Source: Raillietiella orientalis
Taxonomy: Eukaryota
DNA: 64,000 nt
Direction: 5' to 3'
NCBI GenBank assembly: GCA_036172245.1
Contig: JAYWIR010000026.1
Coordinates: forward strand, 2,108,001 to 2,172,000
In this document: positions 1 to 16,539 of the stretch, piece after piece
Numbering within the stretch: the stretch's first letter is position 1
Layout of the letters: the number at the start of each line of letters is the position of its first letter
The notes under the pieces: model-generated
Told to the model about the DNA's origin: nothing
Databases searched by the model: none
What the model saw: the letters and a program-made list of their open reading frames with translations, nothing else
Position numbers and translations under genes: made by a program

Positions 1-4307
<4,307 letters not shown>

Positions 4308-4506
4308 TCTGAACAGACATCGAGGTCGCATGCATCCGACCATGGTTTTTTTTTTTTTTTTTCTTTCTTAAAAAAAAGAGAAAAAAGAAAAGAAAAATAT
4401 CCCTTGCGAGGTAGCGGAAGAAGATGACCAAGCTGAAGGTCATCAGACTACTTAACGACGCGAAGATGTGATAATTTAGTACACTGGACGGATTTTACTT
4501 TTTAGT

Positions 4507-4512
4507 AATAAA
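4507..4512 (+). promoter_or_regulatory. Putative polyadenylation signal of ROCK
   Basis: AATAAA about 200 nt after the stop codon. Confidence 0.55.
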
Positions 4513-4529
4513 ACCTGAAATTGGAAAGC

Positions 4530-7450
4530 GTTTGCCTTCCAGGGGGGGCCTATGGATGGATTTGGTGCCGTGGGCTCGTTCCACGGCGCGGTTCCACCAT
4601 AGCGATTGCAGCGTGATTCCAGGAATGATGCAGTCCCAAATAACAGCCGCTTCGAGTGCTGATGGTTCTCCAGCCCCAGGTCGATGCTCCCATCGCTCTG
4701 ATAAACATTCCTGTGTGGGGAGCTGCAAGGGTAAACAGAGCTCCCTATTGTCCCGTCTTTCGTGGGCGTCCAAGTACAGCGCCGCTCGCCGCCAGCAGTA
4801 GCTTTCACATGATCGATGAAGGCTGCATTGATCGCAAGAGCTGCTGCTCTCTGTGTTGGCATCAGATGATGGTGGTCGCTTGGGATGCCTGGGGCGCCTT
4901 TCTTGCCTCTGCTGGGAACGCCCGGCTGCGCACGGAAAGAAGGAAAGTCTTTTTGCCACTTGCGAGAAAAGTGGCTTCACTGGTGGCTCATTGCAGCCCA
5001 CGAACTCATCTGCCGAGATGAATGGATGGGAGGAACATCCGGGACGCGGTATCTGTCTCCTGCCTCCGGGGTTAGGCACGGGCAAACTGCTGCAGGACAT
5101 AGGGGCGCTTGCGAAAGCACGGAGACTGCGCCAGCGCTGGGGGAGCGGCAACGACCTCCCGCACGCGCGCGCTTCGCTCTTTCCGAACGGCGGGGGTTCT
5201 GGCCAGGAGCTGCGATGGCACCCGTTCCCTCTGCGCAATCCCGCGCATCAGCCCTCTGTTTGCTCTGGCAGGAAGGGGACGCGCTCTCCCTTCCCCGACC
5301 TATCTTTCTCTGCAGGCGGCAGACTCCCTCACCCGCTTTCCGCCGCCGCCGGTCCCTTTGTCCACGAGGCGCGTTTGTTTCGAGGATCGCAAGACCTCCC
5401 CGTTGGCTGTTTCGCTTTTGCCGACGCAGCTGTGGGGACCCTGTGATGTCGGGAGTGCTTCCGTACTTCCTGCGGCGCCCTCGTTGTTTATCCAGAAGGT
5501 GACGGGGTGGTTTCTGGTCGTCCCCTTGCCCCCACCCCCCTCTTACATCCGCTTCTGGAAGACGACGAAGTTCAGTTCCGGCTGCCGTTCTTCGTCGGGG
5601 CTTCTGCTGCCTTCCCGTGTTGCGGTTGCCCCGCTCCGCAGCGCCCTTCAACCTCGGGGCCACCATGCCTTCCGTTACCCAGCATTCGGTTGTCTTTGAC
5701 TTTGGAGGAAGCGGCGCCCTCGACTTCGCCGCCTATCACGAATGCCGTTGGCTGCTGCAGACGACCTCGAGGGCGTGTCCGCGGAAGGGATGTTCCCTTC
5801 GCTACTGGAAGGCTCGCATTCAGGTCGCTCTCCCTCTTTCGCGACGCCTGGTGACGTCTCCCCTCGAAGAGGGGATGCCGGACACCTTCAATGGGAACGA
5901 GCACCCCTTAGGGATCACCCTCTGAATCTCCTCGCGAAGGTTCACAGATGTGTCGACTGGCCGTTGACCCTCCTCCCTTCCCCCGCGATCCCCTCGGGTC
6001 CACCAATTTTTGAGAACGCGCGCCACCTGCCCGGGAGCTCCCACTCGGCAGAAAAGAGGAAGCCTCTGCGACTGGCCCACCGGTCGTCCGGTTCTCCCCG
6101 TCCCTTCCGTGGACGATAGGCGTCGTCTTCCAACGGGAGCAGCGGCAGAGATAATCAGGATAGGACCCTCGTTGCCACGTCCCTCCTCCCCCACCTTCTC
6201 ATGAAGCCGCGTGCACTTTTCCAGCGGGAGTGGAAGGCACCGACGCCACCGAACAGGAGTCGGCGCCTTTTCCTCCTCCCCAGTAGCGCACGCCTTCCGG
6301 TTCCGCAGCGCCCTTCCCGAAAGTGGGCGTTCAGGATGCCTAGGGGGAGAGGAGCGCCGCGCCGCCGCGTTTGGGCGCCGTTTGATGCGAACCTGCGAGA
6401 CTTCCCTCCAGGCCTTTCGCCGGGATCCTCCAGGGGACGTGCTAATAGGGCGAGGAAGCAAAGGACGCGCGCGCGGAGGGACCGTCGACCTCAACTGGCA
6501 GCGCTCCCCGTTCCTGTTCACCCATCGGGGAACGAGGGTGGACCCGGAGGCAGTCCTCGCGGTCGCGATTTTCTCCTTGAAGGGAGGGGAGAGGAGCCCT
6601 TGGTGTGCGCTAGGACGAGCCCCCTCCGGACGAACTCGTCCTTTTTTCCTCTGCCCCCTTCGGGATGGGCCCCTTCCCCGATCACAATGGACGGAAACCC
6701 TCTAGGGTCGGAGAGGGCTAGGGTCCCATCTGCCCTTCTCTTGGGCCCTCCTCCCTGACTCAGAGTTAGATCCCTGAGTCTTCTGGTTCCGTGCAGTTGG
6801 CCGGAGGGTGGGGTAGGAAGTGGGTAGGCGAGGAGAGCAGGAGAGGAAACGCAAATGGTCAAGGATCACACGAGGGCGCGTTCCTCCTTCTCCCCTAAGG
6901 GGCAGAGCCTGTCGCAGAGAGACGACCAAAGAGGAAAGGAAGAGGGGGGGAGGGAGGGGAGGTGTGCAGCAGCACTTGGGCGGACCCCCTTTCCAAGTTC
7001 GGGAAGAGTGGTCGGGGGGATGATCCCCCCATGACATTTCGTCCGTGCGATGTTGCGTCTCCTTTCGGGAGGCCGCTCCTTCTCCAGCAGGCAAGGGACG
7101 AGAGTCGGGATGAGGGGATACGTCATCTGGCCCCCATGCGGCTCATCCTCCGCTTTCCTGTCCGGGAGGAGCCATCGTCTCCTCCTGGAGCCAGAGGAGT
7201 CCGTGCTGGGAAGGGAAGGGCTCCCCGGGACTGGGACGCGGACGGCGGCTCGGGCGGAGAAATCGCCGCAGGTTGTTACTACGGCGATTTCCCGGCGATT
7301 TCGAAGGGGATCGCTAGTGCCACGCAAGTGCACGGCCTGGGGCGTATGGAGGAAAGGTTCTCCCTCGAGGGAGAGGGAAAGGAGGAGTGAAAGGAAGGGA
7401 CACCTTCAGAAATTAACCGAGGAGTTGTCGGCCTAAGGCTCACATTGGCG
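4530..7450 (-). mobile_element. Decayed L1/Tx1-like non-LTR retrotransposon (RT region to C-terminal zinc-finger region)
   Basis: Frameshifted minus-strand remnants: LVPCLLEKERPPERRRNIART..GKGVRPSAAAHLPSL (~6950-7120) resembles ITLIPKK..NYRPI..AKILA.RL..LP. GAGEPSALEAAVIWDC..LQSLWW (~4590-4690) resembles the zf-RVT tail. Boundaries approximate. Confidence 0.5.
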
Positions 7451-8216
7451 GCACCTCGCCCTCCCTCTGGCGACAGGGACAGGACTTTCTCTTCCTTCCT
7501 TCCGCAGCTCCAGGATCCGGGGAGGTCTGACCGCCGTACTACCCCCGCCTCTTCTCCATCCTCAGGGACCCCTCCTCCTTCGGGACGACGAGCGCGTGCG
7601 CGGGTGCTGGCGCGCGGGAGAGTCGAGGCAGCACTGCGGACGGCGGACCGCGCATGCGCCGCTCGCGGCGGCCAAGCGCGACTCGCGCGGCGACTGCCTC
7701 CGCAGACGCACGCAGCTCGCCAGCGCGTGCGCCAGTAGTGCCGCCGCAGTCCCCATTCCAGTCTCCCTTTCCTTCGCGGACCCGCCCTTTGCTCCCGGGA
7801 GTCATCGGGGCGTCCGTGTGTCGCCCGCCGACGGTTTCCCCCTGCTGATCGCCACCGGAAGCCCCTGCGGGGCCTTCCGTCTACCCAGAGGCCGAATTCG
7901 GCTCCTATCCCGCTCCGAGGGGTCTCCTCGACCGCCCCAGGAAGAGTATCGGTGGGCGTCGTCTCCCGGGTCTCCGCCTCCGCCTTCTCCGTCCGCCCCG
8001 CCCCTCTCGCCTCTGCCGCGTCCCAGCAGCGACCCGCTGCTCCTCCTCCCCTCTCCTCGAGCCGCCCCAGTGGAGGGGTGCGTTTCCATGGTGCCCGGGC
8101 ACGGGAAGGCAGGAGGCGGCAGCAGCAGCAGCAGGCAGTGCGGGAGAGTCTCCGGGGCGACTCCCGTGAGCGGCGGCCGGGAATCGATTGCTCCTCCACC
8201 ACAGGGACCCCGGTAG

Positions 8217-11105
8217 ATGGCAGACGGGCCCGACGGCGGCGCGCGCCGCCGCCTCTCTAAACGCGCCTCCAGATGGAGCCGATGGTTATCGATCCTGTCG
8301 TGCGTCAGGTGGAGGTCCCGGAAGTCCCGCACGACGCCCGGAGGTGGGCCCTTCGACGACCACGACAGCCCAGGTACGCGCGCTCTCCAGGAGGGGCCCG
8401 CGAGGGAGGTCCGCACGCGCAGGGAACGGGGCGTCACCCTCGTAGGTCGCTCCCTCCTCCCCCTCCCCGCGTCCCGCTTTCTCCGAGCGCGTCTCCCGAA
8501 ATTAACCCTGGCCGCGCGCCAAGGTCGCCGGCACGTGCGCGCGCGTCTCCTCCCCCCCCCCCTCCTCCGCTGCCGCCGCCGCCGCGTGGGCGCACTCCCG
8601 GGACTTCGTCGCATTCACTCTTCGCCTCCCAGATTTCGCTCCATGCTGCATCCCCCTCCTCCGCCTCGCCGTCCCTTCCGCTGTCGCGGAAGGGGCGAGG
8701 GAAGGGCACCGCCTTCTCCCTCCTCTCTTCCTCCTCCTCCCTTTTCCGAGGCTCTATCTCGATCCTTCTCGTTTTTCCACTTGCCCATATCAGAGGCAGG
8801 ACCACCGCCTCCCACCCCCTCCCCTCGACATTCCCCCCCTCCGTTTTCTCACGAGAGCGCGAGTGGTGGCGGTGGGGAATCGAAGAGCAGGGATTCGAAG
8901 AAGGGTCCACTGCCCCTGGCACGCTCTCTGCCCACTGTTGCCGGGAGACTGGGAAAAGCTGGGGAAGGGGAGGCGGACGTTCCCGATCGGGAAGGGTGCA
9001 GCGCCCGGTGGGGAGGGAGGGAGGACAGATTTTCTCTCTGATCCCTCCGCGTCCCATAAAGAAGGTCCCCTCCCTCCGTCCTCTCCTGTGAGAAGGAAGG
9101 GAGGGGAAGCGGAAAGACATCCGTTCTGCAGGACCTCCGAGCGATTCCCGACCCCGCCTGCCCTATTCCTCCCCATCTTTTCCCTCTCCTCTTCCTGCCG
9201 CCCTCTCCCTCCGGGGGCAGGTTGGCGGTCGCTCCCCCGGAGAGGAAGCAGCCTGGGACCTCCGCCTCTCCTCCTCCCTCCGGAGCGGCGCCTGGGAGGG
9301 CAGGGAGGTGCTTCGGTCTCCATGGAGACCGAAGCCCTGCTGGAGGATCGATTGCTCGCCTGCCTCCATTCCTCTCATGGGCGTCCCCGGGAAGCGCCGG
9401 GACGACGCGGCAGCGGGAGCCGGCGCCGCCGCCTCGGGATCCTCCGTCCGTCGTCGCGGGTCAGGAGGGGTCAGCAGCGGACCTCTTCCGGGAGGGACGC
9501 CTTCGACGACGGGGTGCGGACGGCGCCCACAGAAACCTCCCCTCCTCCCTCTCCCTGCGCGGTTTCGCGGCCCTCTTTTCGGTGGGGCCCTTCGAAAAAG
9601 GTGGCGCCACCCCCGCGTTCCCTTCGTCCTGCTTCGGGCACCTCCCGGGCGAAGGGACGGCCCCTGGAGGGAGGAATATGCAGCTGATCTCCCTTCTCCT
9701 CCTCCGGAAGCGACCAGCGGAGCCGGCAGCCCCCTCGTCTGCTACCCCGGCCCCCTCGCTCCTCTTCCGGGGCAGGTCCCAGTAGAAAGCGGAGAGGGAG
9801 GGATTCCGGGTGACGCACGCACTTCCTCCGCAATGGCGGGGTGCACTCGGATTCCCTAGGGAAGGCGGCCCCTTTTTACCTCTCACCCGTCCCGCCGGGT
9901 GGTCCCTCCCGGACGGAGAGGGAGATGTATTCGGGAGGAGGAGGCCTCGAGCCACCTCGATCGTTCCCCCTGCTCCCACCCTTTCTTACCAGGGAGGGGA
10001 GGAGCGTGAATGGGGAGGGATCACGCGTCTCCCCCCCTCCGTCTCAACCTGCCGAGGGGTCTGGCCGGCTGCCTGCCCTCCGGAGCGGTGAAAGAGCGAC
10101 TCTGGGCGAAAGATGCGCAACGCCCTTTGGTGGCGGAGACGAGTGGTCGAGAGGGCAAGCAGGAGTCGGAGGAGGGGCCGCAGGGAGGGGGGGTGGAGAG
10201 AGGCAGCTTCGTCCCACCCCGCTCCCGGCCTCGTACGAAGCTGCAGTGTGGGGAAGGTCGCGCGCAGCATCCCCCACCTTCGCCGCCCCCGCCCTCCCTT
10301 CCCGCTCCTTCCGTCCCACGGCCCCTCCTCTTTAGAGCCGAGGATCCGACGGGAAGGGAGGTCCACGGACCCCAGTCCTTCGTTCTTCAACCCCCCCTGG
10401 GGGAAGCAGCTGGATAAAGTTCCTTCCTCCTCTTCCCTTTTCCTCCCCTTCATCCGGCAGAACCTGAAACTTGGGGGGAAGCAACGGGTAGCTTCGCCCC
10501 GGAGCCAACGAGAGTAGAAGAGTGGTCGGGAGCGCCCGGAAGGAACGGATCGCTCCCTAAGATTTTGCTTCCTCCCAATTGACCATGCCCCTTTCCTACT
10601 TCCGTTTCCCCGCTGCTCCTGTCCCGGGGGAAGAGCGTCCCGGACGCTGTGCCAGGTCGTCTCCGCCTCCAAGCGCCCTCCGCTCGCTCCTGCACTTCCT
10701 GCCGAGAGGGCGGCGAGAGGGCTAGGGGGGAGAGGGAGGGACAGAAAGGGGTCACGGGGTCTCTCGAAGGAAACGTCCTTCCCGGGAGTCTCCGTGGAGA
10801 TCGGCCGGCCCCTTCCTGCTCCAGGACGGGGGCGGCACCCACCCCTCCCTTCCTTCCTAGGCTACCAAGCGTCCCTTCCCACATGAAGAACACCCGCCGC
10901 AGCGCCACCGCGTGTTCCAGACGAAGACCGGAGCCACCGATGCTCTCAGAGACCCTCTCTGGACGACGTCCCTCGCTCCCACAGCGCGGGTGACCTGGAG
11001 TCCGAGGAGTCCCCGATCCTGGAGAAAGTCAAGAAGAGCATCAACCCGGAGCAGCTGGAGCCCATGGCTAGGCTGGCGCACATCATGAGACACGAGGCGT
11101 CCTGA
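8217..11105 (+). CDS. Putative 113-aa two-exon protein of unknown function
   Basis: Exon 8217-8373 (ATG..CCAG|gtacgc, phase 1) joins exon 10921-11105 (gtgttccag|AC..TGA) in phase. The second exon has strong GC3 codon bias (DLESEESPILEKVKKSINPEQLEPMARLAHIMRHEAS*). AATAAA at 11136-11141. The first exon is less certain. Confidence 0.55.
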
Positions 11106-11135
11106 CATGGGCGCCGCCGCCCGGGAGGCGCGGTG

Positions 11136-11141
11136 AATAAA
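11136..11141 (+). promoter_or_regulatory. Putative polyadenylation signal
   Basis: AATAAA in otherwise very GC-rich DNA, 30 nt after the TGA at 11103-11105. Confidence 0.55.
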
Positions 11142-11799
11142 CGGTCCATAGGCAGAGAGAGGGAGGAGGCGCATCTCCGGTTCATCTTCCGCGGCCTCCC
11201 CTCCGTCCCCTTCCGAGGCTGACCAATCGCTCCCGGTCGACAGGGAGGGAGGGGGAAGACACCTTCTCCTCGTTCCCGCTGACCAAAATTAGTAGTCCGA
11301 TCTCCCGTCGGACTATCCGGTAAGGAGAGAGATTCTTCCGGACCGGGGTACGCGCGCTTCTGCTGTTGCCGAGGAAACCCCCGCCGGCGAGCGGCGGCAG
11401 TGGTTTTCCTGCTGGCCAGGCGGAGCGGGCGGCCAGGGATCGCAGGGGTCAAGCGGTGCACGGGAAGGTCCCTTAGAAGGAAGCCGCTGCTTGGATGGGC
11501 GGGCCCGCCGCCCGTCGCGAAGTTCGGGTAGGCAAGTTCAGGCAGCTCCAGGTCCAGGGCTCTCCCTGCAGGCACGGAGCGGGAGGGCAGGACGCCACTG
11601 TTCAGCAACGTCCCGATCGCGACTGTTTTTTTTTTTTCTTTCGGGCCAGACCCTGTCAGGGGAGGGGCAATCTGGAGTGGGACATCCGGCGTGGGGCGAG
11701 CGAGCGGAGGGTCCGCCTCTACCCGTCGGAGGTCGCGCGGCCCTTCGACCCACATTCGCCTTTCCCGCGGCGCGTCTTCCTGGTCAGCGGGGGAGCTTC

Positions 11800-12200
11800 G
11801 CTGCTCTCCCGGGAGCCACCCATTTCCAGCCCCATCACAGATCAGACCCTTCCCGGACGGAGACGGTGGCGGCCCTTTGCCCTCTGGCGGCCAGCCTCGT
11901 TCCCGGAGCCAAGGCAGGCGTCGCTCCGGGAGGGTATAGAGGCTGCAGGACCGAGAGGAAGGTCAACGACCCTGCTCTCGCGTTCACCTGCAGTCCCCTC
12001 CTGGAGGATGGACGAGGCAGCGGAGTTTTCCCCGTTCCAGAGGAGCACACCTTGGCCCTGGGTGCTCACCCTCATCCTGATTCCCATCAGGTCAAGGACG
12101 TCAACGGGGTCAGTGGGAAGGCTGCCAGCCAATGGCCGCCGCTCCCGGGAGCGTCGGCGTCTCGACACCTCCTCTCTTCCCTGCGCCACCTCCAAGCAAA
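11800..12200 (-). mobile_element. Decayed L1/Tx1-like RT fragment
   Basis: VLLWNGENS followed, after a frameshift, by RRGLQVNARAGSLTFLSVLQPL resembles the RT motif V..NG..S...RG.RQG.PLSP.LF..VLEPL. Confidence 0.45.
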
Positions 12201-13473
12201 AAAGGGAGTGCCATCGGAAAGTCTTCCGCTTGTCTTTTGTAGGTTTTTTTCCTTTTTCCATTGGGTTCAGTTACGGAAAATCCCAAAGGCTCTCCATATT
12301 TCCTTCCCCCTTCCCCCCCCCTTTGTCTTCTCGAGCGCAGAGTCGCCCACCCAATGAACATCGGGACCACCATCGGTGCTGCTTCGGAGAAGCGGAAAAA
12401 GTCTGCCCGGTTTCCGTTCAAATCTCTTCGCTCCTCTTCGAGCTGGAAGAGGACCCCCATTCCCGGAGGGCCCACCTCCGGGACATCGCATGGCGGCCAG
12501 CGAAGCCACCCTGGTCCGACCTGCGGGACTCCACTCGACACCTCGGTCCCTCCTCCGAAGTGATCTGCACCTGTCGCTCGCTCCCCGGGGCAAGCCTGCT
12601 GCCGTCGCGTGTCCTTAAATACGACCTTCCCGTTGCCGCGGATTCCCCCGGAGGTGTCGGAGAAGCGACCGCTCGCCTGCTGGAGAGGCCGCCTCCGTGC
12701 TCCATTTGCTGGAAAGAGCCGACCAGCGGAATGCCCGGAGTCGCCCAAAGAGGCCAGGCGCGTAGGAGCTACGGCTGCTGAGGAGGGGGGAGGGGAGGAT
12801 GGAGAAAACGGGCCGCCGCCTTGCCCTTCCTGCTTCCGCCGGCAGTCCACTACAAGTCCGTGCTGCTGCACCCCCTCGGGTCCGCGAAGACGAGCTTAGG
12901 AGGGGGCAGCCGTCCGCCACAGCAGCTGGACCGTGAGCGACTTGAGATCGCATGGAGATGAGGACGAGGGAGCACCCCTCATCGAGTTTCCCGCCCCCAA
13001 AAGCGGCACCTTGAGAAGAGGCGTCTCCAATTCCCTGATATCCAGAAATAAACATCTAAGGAGAGGAAAGGAGGAAGGGATCGATGCTTTTCATCCTGCA
13101 GCAAACGGCTTCCAGAATTTTTATCCGGTCAAACGCTACACACAATTCCTCTATGGTCCTGTAGGAGAAAGAGAAGTCAGTCGGACCACCATGGAGACGC
13201 CCCCTTTTTCCCCCCCTTCTCCATCCTTCGAGAAGCCCATCCGTCTTGTCGCTCGGAGACGTGTCACCCATGCTTCACCTTTTCAGCACAGGAAGCCCGA
13301 GGCCTCCCTCCGTGCAGCATTCTTCCCGGATGCTCACTGGGATCGTTGTATTGCAAATGCTGCAACGGCCCCAGGAAGACACATCAGTCTGCATTTTCAG
13401 CACCCCTCCTGGGCGGGTAGCGACAGCTCATCTCCTCGCGGGCCTGCATCCAACGAAATGGATGGCGCACATC

Positions 13474-14190
13474 GATGGCGGCGTTGGCAGCCGTGTGGCT
13501 GCGGTCTCTGCTCGTGGTGCCAAGCGGTGCGGGTTCGAATCCCGCCCGAGGAAAGGATCGATGCCAGAGAAACGGGAGTGCCTCGTGGGTTTCAAGTCCC
13601 CTCCTCAGGATGACGCTGGCTGGCCTGCAGGCTTCAGGTGCGGCACTGGGTGGAAGCCAGAAACCACCGACCGGATGCCCTGTCGACTGGCCGGAATCGG
13701 AAGCTGACCCTCCGGGATCCTTCCAGGAACCAAGGAGCCGGTTCCTTTCGGAACTCCCCTCCAATTGTGCAAATGGGATCGTCTTCCCCCCTACGGGGGG
13801 ACCTTTTCCATCTCGTACCATGGGCTGGTGGATCGATACCTCTCCAGAGTGTGAAGAAGCGCGCTGCTTCCTTCGGGGAGCGCCCTCCAGAGAAATCGGG
13901 AAGCGTCCTTTCGGGGTTGTCCTCAGAGGAGTAACAAGGAGCGGTTCCCGTGCGGATTCCCTCCGGAAAAGAAATCGGGAGAGGCCCTACAAACTGGGGG
14001 TCTCTCCAGAGGGAAAGAGGCTCCCTTTGGGGGTTCCCTTCGGAGACAACCAGGGTGGAGGATTCCCTTCGGGGTTCTCTCCCAAGCGTCAGAGGAACGG
14101 ACTCCCTGCCTCCGGATCACCCCCTGGATTCATGGGTGGTCCTCTCCCGGGATATCCTCTATATCCTGAAGGGCTACACACACCCTCAGG
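13474..14190 (+). mobile_element. tRNA-derived SINE-like element, most complete copy (~715 bp)
   Basis: A-box-like CAGCCGTGTGG (13488-13498). Perfect T-arm with B-box GCGGG-TTCGAAT-CCCGC (13529-13545). No acceptor stem. The body aligns by eye with minus-strand copies at 44545-45060, 45060-45575 and 46703-46871. Confidence 0.85.
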
Positions 14191-14249
14191 AGGCGTGAAC
14201 GACGTCAAAGATCTTCGTGAACGGTTCTTCAGCATTAGGCGAACCAAAA

Positions 14250-14970
14250 AAGGAAACCAAGAAATGAATCCCAGGGTCGCTATGGAGGCGCAGCTTGCGA
14301 GCGAGGACGGCGACAGTGCTCTGCGCAATGCCGCCAAGCGCCTCGCGGCGGTTCACGTCTCTGCTTGCGTCCTCGACTATCATATTGCCCGTTCAGAGGC
14401 AGCTGATCTGGAGGCCATCGGAGACAAAGCAGGTCTCACGGCACCCGCCCCTGTACATTCTTTGTGCGAACGAAGACGCCATTCTGACGAACATTTGAAT
14501 TGCGGACAGTTGGAAAAGCCAAGTCAGGGATCGTGCGCACCATCTCCCGGATGCGTGCACTGGTGCGTCCAAGCCACTACATGTCCCTCATTGAACGACA
14601 GAAGGAATGACAACCGACACGGTGCACATCCGTCAGCTCTTCTCTTTGTCCACTATTTTGAAAGGAAGTGCTCGAAGTTCCAAATGGATTCTTTCCCGTA
14701 ACCTCGACAGCGGCACCATGAGCAACCTCCAGAAAGTGCGTGCGACACGTGCCCCAAGTGTGTCTTTGGCTCGCTAAGTTGCGGGATCACCACTTCGAGA
14801 TGATGATGAGTCTTTTACCGCATTCCTCTTGTGCAAGGTATAAGAGGTCCCAATTTGCTTTTTCCCTTCCAAACCCGAATCCCCCCCACTGCTCCCTGTG
14901 TCACCTTCTCAGGTGCACATTAGCTTTTTGTGAATTATGCACCACTTACCGACGACTCGGGTTTCCTTAA
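14250..14970 (+). mobile_element. Decayed L1/Tx1-like ORF2 3' fragment
   Basis: VQRQLIWRPSETKQVSRHPPLY (resembles R.FLW.G..) and PHCSLCHLLRCTLAFCELC (zf-RVT-like CxxC..C). Confidence 0.4.
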
Positions 14971-16099
14971 CCGTTAGTCGGTCTGTTTTTCTTCACTGTG
15001 TGTTGGAACTTCGGTATGGAAGGGCAGAAAAGCCATCGAAGAAACAGCAGAAAGCTCATCGCAATAGGAAGTCAAAATGAAAATACTTACCAAAAAAATT
15101 ACGCACACGAAACTATTTTAGACACTGAAAAGTCGATATTTAGAGACAGTATTAGCATTGTTCACATTGTGATCACATTGCTCATTGGAGTATCCGTTTT
15201 GATAAAAAGCTTCTGTCTTCAAGAACCACAGCTTGATTATGTTGATTACCGTTAGATTCCATGGATTTTCCTTAGTACGGTCCTTATTAAGCCGAACTAT
15301 TAGTAATCGATGTATGCGTTTCAGTTACTCCATGCAGCTATTAAGATATGGTTATCAGATTTTACACTTCTGATCTAAGTAGTATGCGTTCCTTAGAATC
15401 CATAACACCAGGATATTTTCCAACAAGAGAAAGATATGAATTCGTAAACCGATTAAAGTACACACTCATGGACACATTTTCTAGAACATTTCATGAAAAT
15501 AAATCAACTTTTTCTTCTCATCGTTGAGACCTGCTTACAAATTTCTCGTGGATAATGGATGAATTATTTTTTCCGTTTTCTTGAAGAGGAAAAGGAGATG
15601 GAGAAGGAAAACTCAAATACGTAAACAAACGTTGCTATGAATTGTAATATTTTATGCTAACAGTATTTAGGATCTGTGATTGATTTAAAAGAAACTTGCA
15701 ATGATTTGCAAATGTATGCAATAAAAAGAACTCGAGGAAGGTGCACAATATAGATTTACACGTCAGGAAACAAATGATGGTAAAAATAAAACGAAAATCT
15801 CTGATTACCTCATATTTTTATAATCTCATATTGCACGGTTTAAGGAATTCTTTTCGGTAATGCATTCACACCTTATTTTTTCGTTCTTTTAACAGACTCC
15901 AATGCTTGTCATTTAGCCGCAGCATTCCGAGATAAAGGCCAACTCTCTAGATTAGAAGAGTTTGAAAATGGAAGCGAATTTTTCCTAACATATTAAATTA
16001 AATGAATGTCTTCTTTTCTTCAGATTCTGTGCTTGAACGTTCTCAATAATTGAAAGAAACATAAAGTATCCTATTATTCACTGCTTACCATTTTCAGAT

Positions 16100-16480
16100 T
16101 CTCTGATCTTCATGTCGGTTTCCTATGATTTTCTCTTTGAGTTCAAAATATTGTTGACTTTTGAAGACAGAGTGCACACTGTTTATAATTTGAAACATGC
16201 ATCTTCTCCGATTGTCCACAAGGATGAATGTTGCTAGCATGATTTCTATTTCTCCAGAACTCTTGATAACCCTGATTCCTATGACTGCTAGAATTATTGA
16301 GTTCTTCAAGCTGGTTTGTGCAGTGGAATAGCAGGATGTTGCCTGTTTTTCAAAAGGATGCAAAAGAACGTGGAAGACCCGGTTTGCTGCAGTAACAGTG
16401 AACCTAACCAGTGGGGGCAATCGACAGTGTTAGAGAAAGAAAGTGGAATGCTTGAGCTTAATGAATAAGTTGTTGGAATG
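16100..16480 (-). mobile_element. AT-rich decayed LINE RT fragment upstream of the GHITM coding start
   Basis: KNRQHPAIPLHKPA*..SGLSRVLEK resembles K.A.V.PI.K.G...SL.S..KVLEK; contains stop codons. Confidence 0.3.
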
Positions 16481-16539
16481 ATTGGCCATGGGAAAATGTC
16501 TCTTTCAGATGCAGTGCACTTTGTAATAAAGACCTTAAA

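Noticed and set aside
4345..4400. T-run/A-run hairpin in the ROCK 3' UTR as a terminator
   Set aside because: Low-complexity homopolymers are common throughout the window, and bacterial-type terminators are not relevant here.
13478..13552. Functional tRNA gene (His-like, GTG)
   Set aside because: The T-arm is perfect, but the acceptor and anticodon stems do not pair, there is no oligo-T terminator, and the sequence continues into a repeated body. It is a SINE head.
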